Positions 1 through 12,149 of a stretch of 49,253 bases of DNA are shown one piece after another. The number at the start of each line of letters is the position of its first letter. Positions within the stretch are counted from its first letter, which is position 1. The translations under genes were made by a program, and so were the position numbers. Under the pieces are notes generated by a model, which saw only the letters and a program-made list of their open reading frames with translations, was not told the DNA's origin and did not search any database. Origin of the DNA: Octopus sinensis (Eukaryota). The stretch is from NCBI RefSeq assembly GCF_006345805.1, contig NW_021834290.1, positions 1 to 49,253 on the forward strand, read 5' to 3'.

Positions 1-80
1 ATAATAATAGAGTAATAATAATAATAATAATGATAATATAATAATAATAATAATAATAGTAGTAATAATAATAATGATGA
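1..80. repeat. (AAT)n microsatellite
   Basis: Direct reading: imperfect ataataat run. Confidence 0.95.
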
Positions 81-309
81 TGGTGTTTTAAAACAAAAAA
101 TAGAAAATAAAAAGCAACAAAAAAACAAAAACAAATTAAATGTAACTGAAACATTAACACAATTGTTCTAACGAAACGTGTATCACCACATTACTCGTTT
201 ACACGTTTGGAGGAAATACATAAGAGGCTGTTACAATGTAAATGATAATTGATGCTTGACTAACCAGTTTTTCGGAAATTATACATCACACTCTTTCCAA
301 CTGTCCTAT

Positions 310-400
310 GCTAGTAGTAGTAGTAGTAGTAGTAGTAGTTGTTGTAGTAGTAGTAGTTGTAGTAGTAGTAGTTGTAGTAGTAGTAGTTGTAGTAGTAGTA
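310..400. repeat. (TAG)n/(TTG) compound microsatellite
   Basis: tagtagtag interrupted periodically by ttg; source of the S/T/V/L/Y homopolymer ORFs at 256-517. Confidence 0.95.
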
Positions 401-1023
401 CCAGATGTAGAAACAACAGTTGTTGTTGTGGGGGGTGATGGTTGGTCTGTTGCTGTTGTTGTTGTTGTATGGCCCAGGGCAGCTCCACTCAAGCAGCCTA
501 ATGATCAAAAGACATAGCAGCTATGAATCAATCAATCAAACTGACAACAATGTTATTTGACGGTACCTCTTTGGTTTTGGATGATATGGTAAGATTTGAG
601 GGAAGTTTGGTTACTGTTTCTAGCAAGAAAGGGCAGTATTTAGATGTTAGTATTCTTGTTTGCTAGTAATAATTTGTGGCATAAACACGTTCTTTTTGTA
701 GTCATCTATAATGATGGTGCTTCAGTGTGGCCACAGCCTTCGGGCTAGAATACATAAAGAAACATGTCTCACTAATTACATTTCTTTAATGATGTTTTTC
801 AAAATGTTCTTTGCCAATCTTGATGATGACATGTCTTTGTTTGTGACTACATTCTCACATCCATAACATACATACGTACATACATACATACATATAGATA
901 CATACATATACATGCATACATACATATACATGCATACATATATATACATGCATGCATACATACATACATCTCACGACATACATATATATACATGCATACA
1001 TACATACATACATCTCAGACATA

Positions 1024-1300
1024 CAGGGTGCAATGAGTAAATTGTCATCGTCTTATATTTTTAATTTCATGTATGCTCATTGTTTTTGATTTTGTTAACT
1101 GCACAGTATAGTAGGGTCAGTAGGGCACCGTCTGTGAGCAAAACAGCACCGTGATGCAATTCACTCTGCCAGGTATTTGTGAAAGACAGGCTGTACTACT
1201 TGGCTGGCATTCATGCCAGAAGCTCCAATGCGAACATTTAATTGTGTTTGGGTATCAGTCTGAGGATATGCATCATGGGGGATAAAAATCCAACATCCAG
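1024..1300 (-). mobile_element. Possible degenerate Tc1/mariner right end
   Basis: TA followed by CAGGGTG (mariner-type TIR start) at 1022-1030; only weak transposase C-terminal-like residues; heavily decayed. Confidence 0.3.
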
Positions 1301-1361
1301 TCAACATCACTTAAGATTTAACGAAATTAGATTTTAATTTTCCTATGTCCTTCCAGCATCT

Positions 1362-1470
1362 TGTCCATTCGGCTTTATGTCCATTCGGCTTTATGTCCAT
1401 TTGGCATTGTGTCCTTTCGGTTTCTTGGCTTTGGCGTCTCGTCCTTTGGCAAAAGTGCATTTGGCATCCT
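1362..1470. repeat. 16-bp minisatellite (tgtccattcggcttta), about 7 degenerating units
   Basis: Perfect units at 1362-1377 and 1378-1393, then diverged copies. Confidence 0.85.
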
Positions 1471-1554
1471 GTCTGGGTACTGGTTACATCAATCTCAGTG
1501 TTCAACTGATGCTAAAGTTGGTGGTAGTGGTGATGGTAGTAGCGTTGGTGGTGG

Positions 1555-3000
1555 TGGTAGTAGTGATGGATGTAGTGATACCTGTGATATTGGAGGTGGT
1601 AGTCATGGTGGAATGGGAGTGGTAATTGTGATGGTGGTGGATGTAGTGACACCTTTGATATTAGGGGGTGGTGGTCATGGTGGGGCGGGGTGGAGGTAAC
1701 GGTGGTAGTTGTGATGATGGCGAATGTAGTGATGATGTCTAATACAAGATATGGTCGTGGTTGTAGTGGTGATGGTGGGGTGTGAGTGAATGTAGTGATA
1801 CCTGTGATACGAGAGGTGGTGTTAATGATTGTAGTGGTGGTGGTGGTGGTGGTGAGAAAGGTAGTAGCGGCAACAGTGGTAATAGGTGGAGAACACTTGT
1901 AATAGTATTCGCAGTAGTAGTGATGGGAGAATGAAAGGCAACGTCTGCCTCAGCTGAAATGAACTCAGAACATCAACAATGGACGAAATGCTGAAAGCAT
2001 TTTGCCCAGCATGTGGATGTAGTGATACCTGTGATATTGGAGGTGGTAGTCATGGTGGAATGGGAGTGTGGACGTAAGTGACAGCTTTGATATTAGGGGG
2101 GGGGGCGTGGGGGGGGTAACGGTGGTAGTTGTGATGATGGCGAATGTAGTGATGATGTCTAATACAAGATATGGTCGTGGTTGTAGTGTGATGGTGGGGT
2201 GTGAGTGAATGTAGTGATACCTGTGATACGAGAGGTGGTGTTAATGATTGTAGTGGTGGTGGTGGTGGTGGTGAGAAAGTAGTTCGGCAACAGTGGTAAT
2301 AGGTGGAGAACACTTGTAATAGTATTCGCAGTAGTAGTGATGGGAGAATGAAAGGCAACGTCTGCCTCAGCTGAAATTGAACTCAGAACATCAACAATGG
2401 ACGAAATGCTGAAAAGCATTTTGCCCAGCATGTGGATGTAGTGATACCTGTGATATTGGAGGTGGTAGTCATGGTGGAATGGGAGTGGTGGACGTAGTGA
2501 CAGCTTTGATATTAGGGGGGGGGGCGCGTGGGGGGGTAACGGTGGTAGTTGTGATGATGGTGAACGTAGTGATGATGTCTAATACGAGATATGGTCGTGG
2601 TTGTAGTGGTGATGGTGGGGGGTGAGTGAAGTGAATGTAGTGATACCTATTTCTTATACCCACAAGGGGGCCAAACACAGAGGGGGACAAACAAGGAAAG
2701 ACAATTGGTATAAGTCGATTACATCGACCCCAGTGCATAAACTGTACTTAAATTATCGACCCCGAAAGGATGAAAGGCAAAGTCGACCTCGGCGGAATTT
2801 GAACTCAGAACGCAACGGCAGACGAAATACCGCTAAGCATTTCGCCCGGCGTGCTAACTGTTCTGCCAGCTCGCCTCTTTGATGTAGTGATACCTGTGAT
2901 ACGAGAGGTGGTGTTAATGATTGTAGTGGTGGTGGTGCTAGTGGTGGTGGTGGTGAGAAAGGTAGTAGCGGCAACAGTGGTAACACTTGTAATAGTATTT
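1555..3000. repeat. GTG/GAT-rich local tandem duplication, about 430-bp unit, 2 full + 1 interrupted copy
   Basis: gatgtagtgatacctgtgatattggaggtggtagtcatggtggaatgggag recurs near 1570, 2020 and 2435; the unit includes a SINE fragment. Confidence 0.9.
2649..2881 (-). mobile_element. tRNA-headed SINE family B with 14-bp TSD
   Basis: Reverse complement of gaggcgagctggcagaa...gagttcaaattccgccgaggtcgactttgcctttcatcctttcggggtcgata...aagaaat; TSD atgtagtgatacct at 2635-2648 and 2882-2895. The central segment resembles the MetaSINE domain as I recall it (unverified). Confidence 0.92.
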
Positions 3001-3241
3001 GCAGTAGTAGTGATGGTGGTTTAGATGTTGCTGTTGTGATGGTTGTTGTTGGTGGCAGTGCTGTTGCCGTATTAGTGATCATTATGTTGATGTTGTTATG
3101 TTGTTGTTGTTGTTGTTGTTGATGATGTTGTTAATGGTAGAGTGTTGTGGTGGTGGTGGTGGTGGAGGTGGTAATGGTTCTGTTTTATAATTTGATTACC
3201 AAAAATTGTTTAGAGTTGTGCAAGTTAAAGAGATTAATGCC

Positions 3242-3280
<39 letters not shown>

Positions 3281-3570
3281 GCTACCGCTGCTGCTGCCAC
3301 TGCTGCCGCCGTCACCCTCCGCCTCCACCCGCCATCGTCATCGCCGCTGCCACCGCCCTCATCGCTACAGTCAACAACAACAACAACAACACTAGCGACA
3401 TTATTAACCTAAGCAATCATAACCAAAAAAAAAAACAATAATAAAAAAAACAACTCAAATCCTAAACAAAAAACAAAAACAATTAGAACAAAAGCACATC
3501 TTTTGTGTGTGTGTGTGTGGTGTGTGTGTCACTCTCATTCTCTATGTATATATGCATGTAGATATGTGTG

Positions 3571-3628
<58 letters not shown>

Positions 3629-4012
3629 TTATGTCTATTTATGTATATATATATATATATATATATATTATACATGTATTTATATGTGTGTATATATACT
3701 TGTGTATACAAATATGGACATATAATGTATGTAGTATGTATGTGTGATGAAATATATATATAATACACACTTATGTATGTTTACATACATATATATGCAA
3801 ATGCAGGTATTCATGTGTACACATGTATATATGCATATATATACACACACATACACACATTCACAGAGAGAGAGAGAGAAAGAGAGATCAGGTGTGCAAT
3901 TGCCTTACATGCACACACACACACTCACTCACACACACATATACAGACATATGTATACGCATACACGTACATATACAGACATATGTATATATATATAACG
4001 CGCATATACATT

Positions 4013-4050
<38 letters not shown>

Positions 4051-4491
4051 TCAGGTGTGCAATTCCCTTATATGCACACACATATACACACACACACACA
4101 TACAAACATGTATACACATGCACACATGTATGCATGTATGTATAAATATATACACTTATGTTATATACTTACATAGAATGCCTGCATCCTGTTCTGCAAA
4201 TGGCAAGAGAAAGGAACAGTGGTGATGTGTGTGCAGGGGGAGCGCTGGAGGGAGTGCTGGAATGATGTAGAACTACAGAGAGAGAGAGAGGGGGGGAGAG
4301 AGAGAGAAAGACAGGAAGAGAAGAGAAAGGATTAGATACAGGGTGAGAGGAAGGAGCACGAGTAATAGAGAGTGAGTGAGGGGAGAGCGATAAAGTTACC
4401 TAAAGATTAATGGCTAAAGTAATAGCAAGTGAAATCTGGAAAATGAAATGATGTTTCTACATGCGTGTTTATGGATGTATGAGGGCATGTT

Positions 4492-4545
<54 letters not shown>

Positions 4546-4989
4546 AGTGTGCGTGTGATTATCTGTGTGTGTGTTTATGCAAGTGTTTGATTCTGTGAAT
4601 GTGTTAATGATCATAAAATTGAATTTACAAATGGATAGGTGCTAAGTGGAAGATAGCTTTTTCATGGCATTTATGTATGCACGTATATATATATATATAT
4701 ATAATATATATAATATATACATATATATACACACATATATACATGTGTCTGTGTGTGTGTGCATGTATTCAAACATGTGTATAAATACACACACACACGC
4801 AAACACACATATATGTATATAGGCACAGGTGTGGCTGTGTGATAAGAAGCTCGCTTCCCAACCAATTGGTTCAGGGTTCAGTCCCACTGTGTAGCAACTT
4901 GGCCAAATTTCTTCTACTATGGCCTAAGGCTGACCAAAGCCTTCTGACTGGATTTGGTGGACGAAAACTGAAGGAAGTCCATCGTATAT

Positions 4990-5040
<51 letters not shown>

Positions 5041-5045
<5 letters not shown>

Positions 5046-5250
5046 TTCAATATGTGACCGCGTGTGTATCGTTGGCGATTTTCTTTCTCCATCTTCCCTT
5101 CCTTGGACCTTTCCTTATTCTATGTTTCTGACGAAGAGCTCTGTTTGGAATGTTAAATCTACCTTGTTTCTTTCCTTTCCTGAGCGTTTAATGACACTAT
5201 ATTTGTTCCGCGTCCTCACTTTGTGTTTTCTCTTTGTGTTTACATGTTTA
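5041..5250 (+). mobile_element. Non-autonomous Penelope-type terminal repeat with degenerate hammerhead motif
   Basis: Homologous to 29401-29595, 17080-17275 and the fragments at 14330/14570; contains TTT CTGACGA AGAGC TCT GTTT GGAAT GTT AAA at 5125-5156. Confidence 0.6.
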
Positions 5251-5523
5251 GATTAACTATATATGTGTGTGTGTGTGGTGTGTGTGTGTCTTTGTGTTTG
5301 CATTTGCCCCCCCTCAACACCATCACTTGACTATCACTGTTGGTGTGTTTGCATCGCCATAACTTTGCAGTTCAGCAAAGAGATCGATAGAATAAGTACT
5401 AGGCTTAAAAAATAAGGACTGGAGTTGAATTGTTCAGCAAAGACACTTCAAGGTGGTGCCTCAGTAAGACTTCAGTCAAATGACTGAAACTAGTAAAAGA
5501 ATAAAAGAATATATATGCATATG

Positions 5524-5554
<31 letters not shown>

Positions 5555-5576
5555 CATCGATGATTATTCATATATA

Positions 5577-5937
5577 CAGGGGTTGGACAAAATAATAGAA
5601 ACACCTTAAAATTTCAAACAACTTCATCTTAATATGAGTTAGGACTGCCTTTAGTAGTAATTACAGCTTGAATTCTACAAGGTATGGACTCACACAAAGT
5701 TGTTTCCAAATGAATATTTGTCCATTCTTCAGCTAAAACTGTCTCCAGTTCTTGTAGTGATGATGGTGGAGGATATCGACTCCTTACATGTTTTTCTAAA
5801 ATGTACCATAAATGTTCAATAATATTGAGATCTGAGAAATGAGATGGCCAGATAAAATGTTCTACTTCACTAGAATGTTCCTTGTGCCATTCAGTAACAA
5901 CTTTAGCTGTGTGAATTGGTGCATTGTCATCCTGAAA
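5577..5937 (-). mobile_element. Tc1 (DD34E) transposon remnant: transposase C-terminus plus TIR
   Basis: Frame 5937->5629 translates FQDDNAPIHTAKVVTEWHKEHSSEVEHFIWPSHFSDLNIIEHLWYILEKHVRSRYPPPSSLQELETVLAEEWTNIHLETTLCESIPCRIQAVITTKGSPNSY* (QDNAP.H and DLNxIE motifs); TA|CAGGGGTTGGACAAAATAATAGAAACACC terminus; upstream part replaced by a SINE. Confidence 0.95.
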
Positions 5938-5940
5938 TAT

Positions 5941-6350
5941 TGCTTACCAACCACATGGTTCTGGGTTCAGTCCTACTGTGTGGCACCTTGGGCAAGTGTC
6001 TTCTACTATAGGCCTCAGGTCAACCAAAGCCTTGTGAGTTGATTTGGTAGACGGAACCTGAAAAGAAGCCCGTCGTATATATATATATATATATAATATA
6101 TATATATTGTGTGTGTGTGTATGTATGTATGTATATGCTTGTGTGTCTGTGTTTGTCCCCCCCAACATCACTTGACAACCGATGCTGGTGTGTTTACGTC
6201 CCTGTAACTTAGCGGTTCAGCAAGAGAGACGGATAGAATAAGTACCAGGCTTACAAAGAATAAGTCCTGGGGTTGATTTGGCTCGACTGAAAGGCCGTGC
6301 TCCAGCATGGCCGCAGCTAAATGACTGAAAGAAATAGAAGAATAAAAGAA
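5941..6350 (+). mobile_element. tRNA-headed SINE family A (CORE-like, internal (TA)n(TG)n), 5'-truncated
   Basis: B box ggttcagtcc, CORE-like gtggcaccttgggcaagtgtctt, 3' end gactgaaa...aaaagaa. Confidence 0.9.
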
Positions 6351-6499
6351 TATGTCAATTAGTGTGTTGAGTAAAGCACTTTCACAGTTTGGGCTATCTG
6401 GTGTCATCCACGGTTGGGGTATATTTTTCTGCGGGATCTACTTCTGGAATTCCACAGTCTTAGTTGGGATAATAATAATTAATGAAGGAAATGAAAGAT

Positions 6500-6893
6500 A
6501 GGCAGGATGTGTGGTAAGTAGCTTGCTAACCAGCCACATGGTTCCGGGTTCAGTCCCACTGCGTGGCATCTTGGGCAAGTGTCTTCTGCTATAGCCCCGG
6601 GCCGACCAATGCCTTGTGAGTGGATTTGGTAGACGGAAACTGAAAGAAGCCTGTCGTATATATATATATATATATGTGTGTGTGTTTGTGCGTCTGTGTT
6701 TGTCCCCCTAGCATTGCTTGACAACAGATGCTGGTGTGTTTACGTCCCCGTCACTTAGCGGTTCGGCGAAAGAGACCGATAGAATAAGTACTGGCCTTAC
6801 AAAGAATAAGTCCCGGGGTTGATTTGCTCGACTAAAGGCGGTACTCCAGCATGGCCGCAGTCAAATGACTGAAACAAGGAAAAGAGTAAAGAG
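6500..6893 (+). mobile_element. SINE family A, near full length
   Basis: Near-identical to the copies at 15677, 29005, 30006 and 31042. Confidence 0.93.
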
Positions 6894-6974
6894 TAATAGA
6901 TTTGATGCCAGTCTTTATTCAATACTAGTACCAGATCTATCTTCCATTTCTTTCACCAATTATATATCCGAGCA

Positions 6975-7585
6975 TGATCAATGCCAGGGCCACAGACTGG
7001 CTGCCATGCCGGTGGCATGGTAAAAGCACCATATGAGTGAGATCGTTGCCAGCATCGCCTTGCTGGCTCATCTGCTGGTGGCATGTGGAAACCAACATTT
7101 GAGTGTCGTCGTTGCCAGTACCGCCTGACTGGCCCTTGTGCTGGTGGTATATAAAAGCTGGTGGTATATAAGGTGGCAAGCTGGCAGAAACATTAGCACA
7201 CCGGGTGAAATGCTTGGCAGTATTTTGTCTGTCGTTACGTTGTGAGTTCAAATTCTGCCAAGGTCGACTTTGCCTTTTGGGGTTGATAAATTAAGTACCA
7301 GTTACTCTCTGGGGTCGATGTAATCGACTTAATACCTATGTCTGTCCTTGTTTGTCCCCTCTATGTTTAGCCCTTTGTGGATAATAACGAAATAGGTATA
7401 TAAAAGCACCTACTACACTCTCGGAGTGGTTGGTGTTAGGAAGGGCATCCAGCTGTAGAAACTTTGCCCGATCAGATTGGAGCCTGGTGCAGCCTTCTAG
7501 CTTGCCAGCCCTCACTCAAACCGTCCAACCCTTGCCAGCATGGAAAGCGGACGTTAAACGACAATGACGACGATGATGATGATAT
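6975..7585 (+). mobile_element. SINE family C (RTE-like 3' tail) with nested SINE B at 7172-7394
   Basis: gtggcatggtaaaagcacc...ggagtggttggtgttaggaagggcatccagc...catggaaagcggacgttaaacgacaatgacgacgatgatgat; the nested SINE is flanked by TSD ggtatataa (7163-7171, 7395-7403). Confidence 0.88.
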
Positions 7586-7805
7586 AAATTAAAAGAGGGA
7601 GAGAATAAAATCAACAAAATAAGTTAATTCTGTATCCTCTATTTTCATGCTTTTCTTATTTTTTCTTCTAATTTCTTAAACAAGACTTTTTACTCTACTT
7701 GTCTACTTAAGAATTTTAATAATCTATCAGTAAGAAATAATATTTGTTTAATTGCTTCTCTTTAATTACAATTAGCTACATTTCTAATTATATAACTGTT
7801 GAATA

Positions 7806-7834
7806 TTTTTCTCCCTTCTCTTTTGCAGGTGAGT
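7806..7834 (+). promoter_or_regulatory. Strong 3' splice site abutting a 5' splice-site motif (candidate recursive splice site or exon start)
   Basis: tttttctcccttctcttttgcAG|GTGAGT in unique sequence; branch-like ctaat at 7784-7788. Confidence 0.5.
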
Positions 7835-7918
7835 TTCTTTGGTTTATTTTGCAAAGAATAGAGAATCAGAATTGGAAAGCTCTGCGTGTGAGTCTTTTTT
7901 TATATTTGTTGGTGTTGT

Positions 7919-7971
<53 letters not shown>

Positions 7972-8183
7972 GGGCGACAAGCTGGTAGAATTATTAGCCT
8001 GCTGGGCAAAATGCCTAGCGGCATTTTATTTGTCTTTACATTTTCAGTTCAGATTCTGCCGAGGTGGACTTGCCTTTCATCCTTTTGGGGTCAGTAAATT
8101 AAGTACCACTGAAACACTGGGGTCGATGTAATTAACTAGTCTCCTCCCACCAAATTTCAGGCTTTGAGCCTTTAGTAGAAAGG

Positions 8184-8218
<35 letters not shown>

Positions 8219-8427
8219 GGTGGCAAACTGGCAGAATCTTTAACACGCTGGATGAAATGCTTAGCAGCATTTTGTCTGTTGCTACATTTTGAGTTCAAAT
8301 TCTGCTGAGGTTGACTTTGTCTTTTATCTTTTCAGGGGTCGATAAAATAAGTACCAGTGAAACAGTGGGGTCAATGGCAAAAATTTGAAATGATAATAAT
8401 AATATAATAATAATTATTATTATTATT

Positions 8428-8971
8428 GAGTGAGAGAGCAGTGCATGCCATCAAAGTGACACTGGGGTACAAATATACGAAGCCCAGCATACCCATCATG
8501 ACTACCCGTCTGATAAGGGTACACCAGGCACATGTATCACAACCATATGTGCGCGCAACATGGTGATCTCATAACAAGATAAACAGCGCATGACCTTGCG
8601 GGTGGGGCCCAGTTAGAATTTTCTTCTGGTTGGGTAACCCATCCCACTCAAAAGGTCCCTGATAAGGGTTGTTTAAGGATGTTGAATGAAACACCCATGT
8701 TTCCAGAGGTGAATCATTCAAACCCCAAAGAATCCCTCTCAACACATGGTTATGATGTTCCCCCACTACTTCTGCTCATGATCAGAGATGCACATATCGT
8801 CAGCCACTAAGGGACATGCTCAACTGGTTAAGGTCAAACAACTGACAAGCAAATCTGTGGTATTGAGCAGAATATTTGCTGTAGCCCATCTTTTATACCA
8901 AGACAAAACAATGTACATGATAACACTTCCAATCAGTTAAGATCAGAAGCCATGAGAGCCACTGCCTGGTA
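8428..8971 (-). mobile_element. Non-coding interspersed element embedded in (TAA)n, about 545 bp (longest copy)
   Basis: Flanked on both sides by (TAT)n; homologous copies at 9969, 42757 and 43277 share the identical GAGTGAG end abutting (TAT)n. Confidence 0.88.
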
Positions 8972-9002
<31 letters not shown>

Positions 9003-9014
9003 GTTATTATTATT

Positions 9015-9765
9015 CCTATAAAGATAACAGATTAGAATGTTGGAAAAGAAAAATTCCTAACATCAGGCTAGAACAAGCAATCTTAGATGCCAAGAACCCT
9101 CCTAAGTATCCTAGCTGACCCTAATAACACTGTTTTCTGGAGTTTTATGCCTATTTCCTCTATCCATCAGTTCAAATCTTTAGGGATAGTTCTCAATGCA
9201 CCTATAACTACTGGGATACATTTTACTCACACTTTCCATAGTCTCTGAAATTCCATGGCCAGCTTCTGGTACTTTGCTATTTTTTCTTTACCACTCATAT
9301 TGATATTTTCATCATTTGGGACTGTAAAGTCAATTATCTGACACTTTCCATTCCCTTTATCTACTACTACCAAATCAGGGCTTCTAGCATCTATTATTCT
9401 GTCACTTTGAATTTTGAAGTCCCACATCTTGTATTTCTTACTTTTTAGTTCTTTACTGTGTTCATGTTCACACCATTTATCAGTATGTTCAAATCCTAGC
9501 TTTCTACACTGCTCCCAGTGGATTACTCTCCCTAGGTTGTCATGTCTTTTCTTGTATTCTTTCTGTACCAGCATGCTACATACACTTACTATATGATTAA
9601 CACATTTCTTTTCTGATTTGCATAACTTACATTGGGAATCTTCTTGGATTTTGTCTATCCAGGCTTTTATCCAATTGGTCCCTAATGCTTGTTCTTGTGC
9701 TGCTACTGACATCCTTTCTGTTCTGCAACCATAACCATATCTCACTACTACTATTTGCTGCAACT
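9015..9765 (-). mobile_element. 5'-truncated R4/Dong-clade RLE non-LTR retrotransposon
   Basis: ORF 9227-9763: AAQEQAL, CCHC knuckle (CKLC...NHIVSVC), WDFKIQSDRIIDARSPDLVVVDK...IIDFTVP..N...KEKIAKY (PD..D..K endonuclease); after a frameshift CIPVVIGALRTIP...LQKTVLLGSARILRRVLGI* (stop 9083-9085); 3' end abuts (TAA)n. Confidence 0.93.
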
Positions 9766-9935
9766 ATCATCATCATCATCATCATCATCATCACCATCAC
9801 CACCTTCTTCTTCTTCTTCTTCTTCTTCTTTTCATCATCATCATATAAGAACTAGTTTCACACTGAGGGGGTGGTCAATGTATTCGACTTAACAACCTCC
9901 CCAAATTTCAGGCTATATTGCCTTTAACAGAAAGG

Positions 9936-9968
<33 letters not shown>

Positions 9969-10260
9969 GAGTGAGTAAGGGAGCTGTGCAAGCCATCAAA
10001 ATGATGCTGGGGTACAAATATGAAGCCTAATATACCCATGGGATAAGGGTACACCAGACGCATGCATCCCAACCTAGTGACTTCATGTAAGGATAAACAG
10101 TGCATGACATCATAGGTAGGGCCCAGTTAAAATTTCCTTCACGACAAATTGCTCCTCCCACTCAAAAGATCCCTGAATAAGGGTTTTCTTTAAGGATGAT
10201 GAATGTTTCCAGGGGTGCACTATTCAAACCTCTTTGAAACCCTCTCAAAACATGTGTATC
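9969..10260 (-). mobile_element. Truncated, diverged copy of the (TAA)n-embedded element
   Basis: gagtgagtaagggagctgtgcaagccatcaaaatgatgctggggtacaaatatg follows the (TAT)n tail of a SINE B variant. Confidence 0.8.
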
Positions 10261-10606
10261 AATTATCTTTTTCTTGTGTCAGTCATTAGACTGTGGCCAT
10301 GCTGGGGCACTGTCCTGAAGAATGTTTCAGTGGAATAAGTCAACCCCAGTGCTTGTTTCTTTTGTTAAGCCTGGTACTTATTCTATCAGTTTCTTTTGCT
10401 AAACTGCTAAGTTATGAGGACGTAAACACACCAACACTGGTCATCAAGCAGTGGAGTAGGGACAAACACAGACATACACACAACACACACACACATTACA
10501 CACACATACACGCACACACACACACACACACAAATACACACACAGTGGGTTTCTTTCAGCTTCTGTCTTCAAAATATCCCCACAAGTCATGTATATATAA
10601 TAAATA

Positions 10607-10655
<49 letters not shown>

Positions 10656-10832
10656 AATATATGTATATATATGTATACATATGTGTATGTATATGTATAC
10701 ATATGTGTATGTATATGTATACATATATGAATGTATATATATACATATATGTATGTATATATATATATATATATATTATACAATTATGAATATACAAGTA
10801 TATATATGAATATATATTTATATATGTATATA

Positions 10833-10865
<33 letters not shown>

Positions 10866-10867
<2 letters not shown>

Positions 10868-11100
10868 GCTCTATCTGCGACGATTTCATCTCAATCGAAG
10901 GAGAGGGGCTTTCTCCATCCGGGTTGCGGCTCTGTAGAATAAGCTGCCGGACGAGATGGTGAAGATGCCGACAACCGCTCGGTTCAAAGTTTCCCTTGAC
11001 CACAAGTGGCCTGAACTCTTTACATGAACACCACCCTGTACATAACTCCATGTCCCCCTACATGGCCTTGCTTTTTGCTTTTTGAGCCAAAATTTTATTA
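10866..11100 (+). mobile_element. CR1-type LINE 3' end
   Basis: [52 protein letters not shown] matches the CR1 ORF2 C-terminal FSxRVxxxWNxLP...FKxxLD motif (W mutated to stop); short ttaact tail. Confidence 0.85.
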
Positions 11101-11745
11101 ACTATTAACTATATATACACACATACACACACACATATAAATATCTATATATCTTTCATATGGTCTCCTTTAACTACATTTGGACCCAATTTATATCCAA
11201 GCGAAAATAAGTGAGTTTAACACATATCTTTGACATCTTGATTATTTTCACGTAATTCTATAGATGAAATGTTTGTTATCATTTGCTTTAATGAATTGAC
11301 TGAAGGTACTTCTCAGATGATTTGACTTGATAAAAGGCAGTAGCTTCGGTGAAGGAGAAACAAAAGCACATGTACCCAGGGTACTATGCAGCAGAAGTGA
11401 ACCCACGATCTCACGATGGTAATCATCATCATAATCATGATCATCACCACCACCACCATCACCACTGCTGCTGCCACTACCACCACAACCACCACCACCT
11501 CCACCAACACCACCACCACCACCACTGTTTTCCATGCTGGTATTGGTCGGGTGGTTTGTCAAGACTCTGTGTGCTAGAAAATTCTGCAGGGCTCTGATGT
11601 CTTCCTTGGCATGGTTTCTACAACTGGACGCCTTTCCCTAATGAGAATCGTTCCGCAAATTCCTTCTAACACACACAAGCATGGAAAAGTGGGATGTTAT
11701 ACGATGAAAATGATGATGACGATAATGATGAAAATGATGATGATG

Positions 11746-12149
11746 ACTCTCTCTTTACTCTCTTTTACTTGTTTCAGTCATTTGACTGCGGCCATGCTGG
11801 AGCACCGCCTTTAATCGAGGAAATCGACCCCGGGACTTATTCTTTTGTAAGCCCAGTACTTATTCTATCGGTCTCTTTTGCCAAACCGCTAAGTAACGGG
11901 GACATAAACACACCAGCATCAGTTGTCAAGCAATGCTAGGGGTACAAACACAGACACACAAACACACACATATATACATATATACGACGGCCTTTTTTCA
12001 GTTTCCGTCTACCAAATCCACTCACAAGGCATTGGTCAGCCCAAGGCTATAGCAGAAGACACATGCCCAAGATGCCACGCAGTGGGACTGAACCTGGATC
12101 CATGTGGTTGGTTAGCAAGCTACTTACCACACAGCCACTCCTGCACCTG
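11746..12149 (-). mobile_element. SINE family A
   Basis: Reverse complement of the full family-A consensus. Confidence 0.92.

Noticed and set aside
8940-8975. U1/U2 snRNA-like 5' end of the TAA-embedded element
   Set aside because: Only a short, gapped resemblance (TACCAGGCAGTGG); not distinguishable from chance without an alignment
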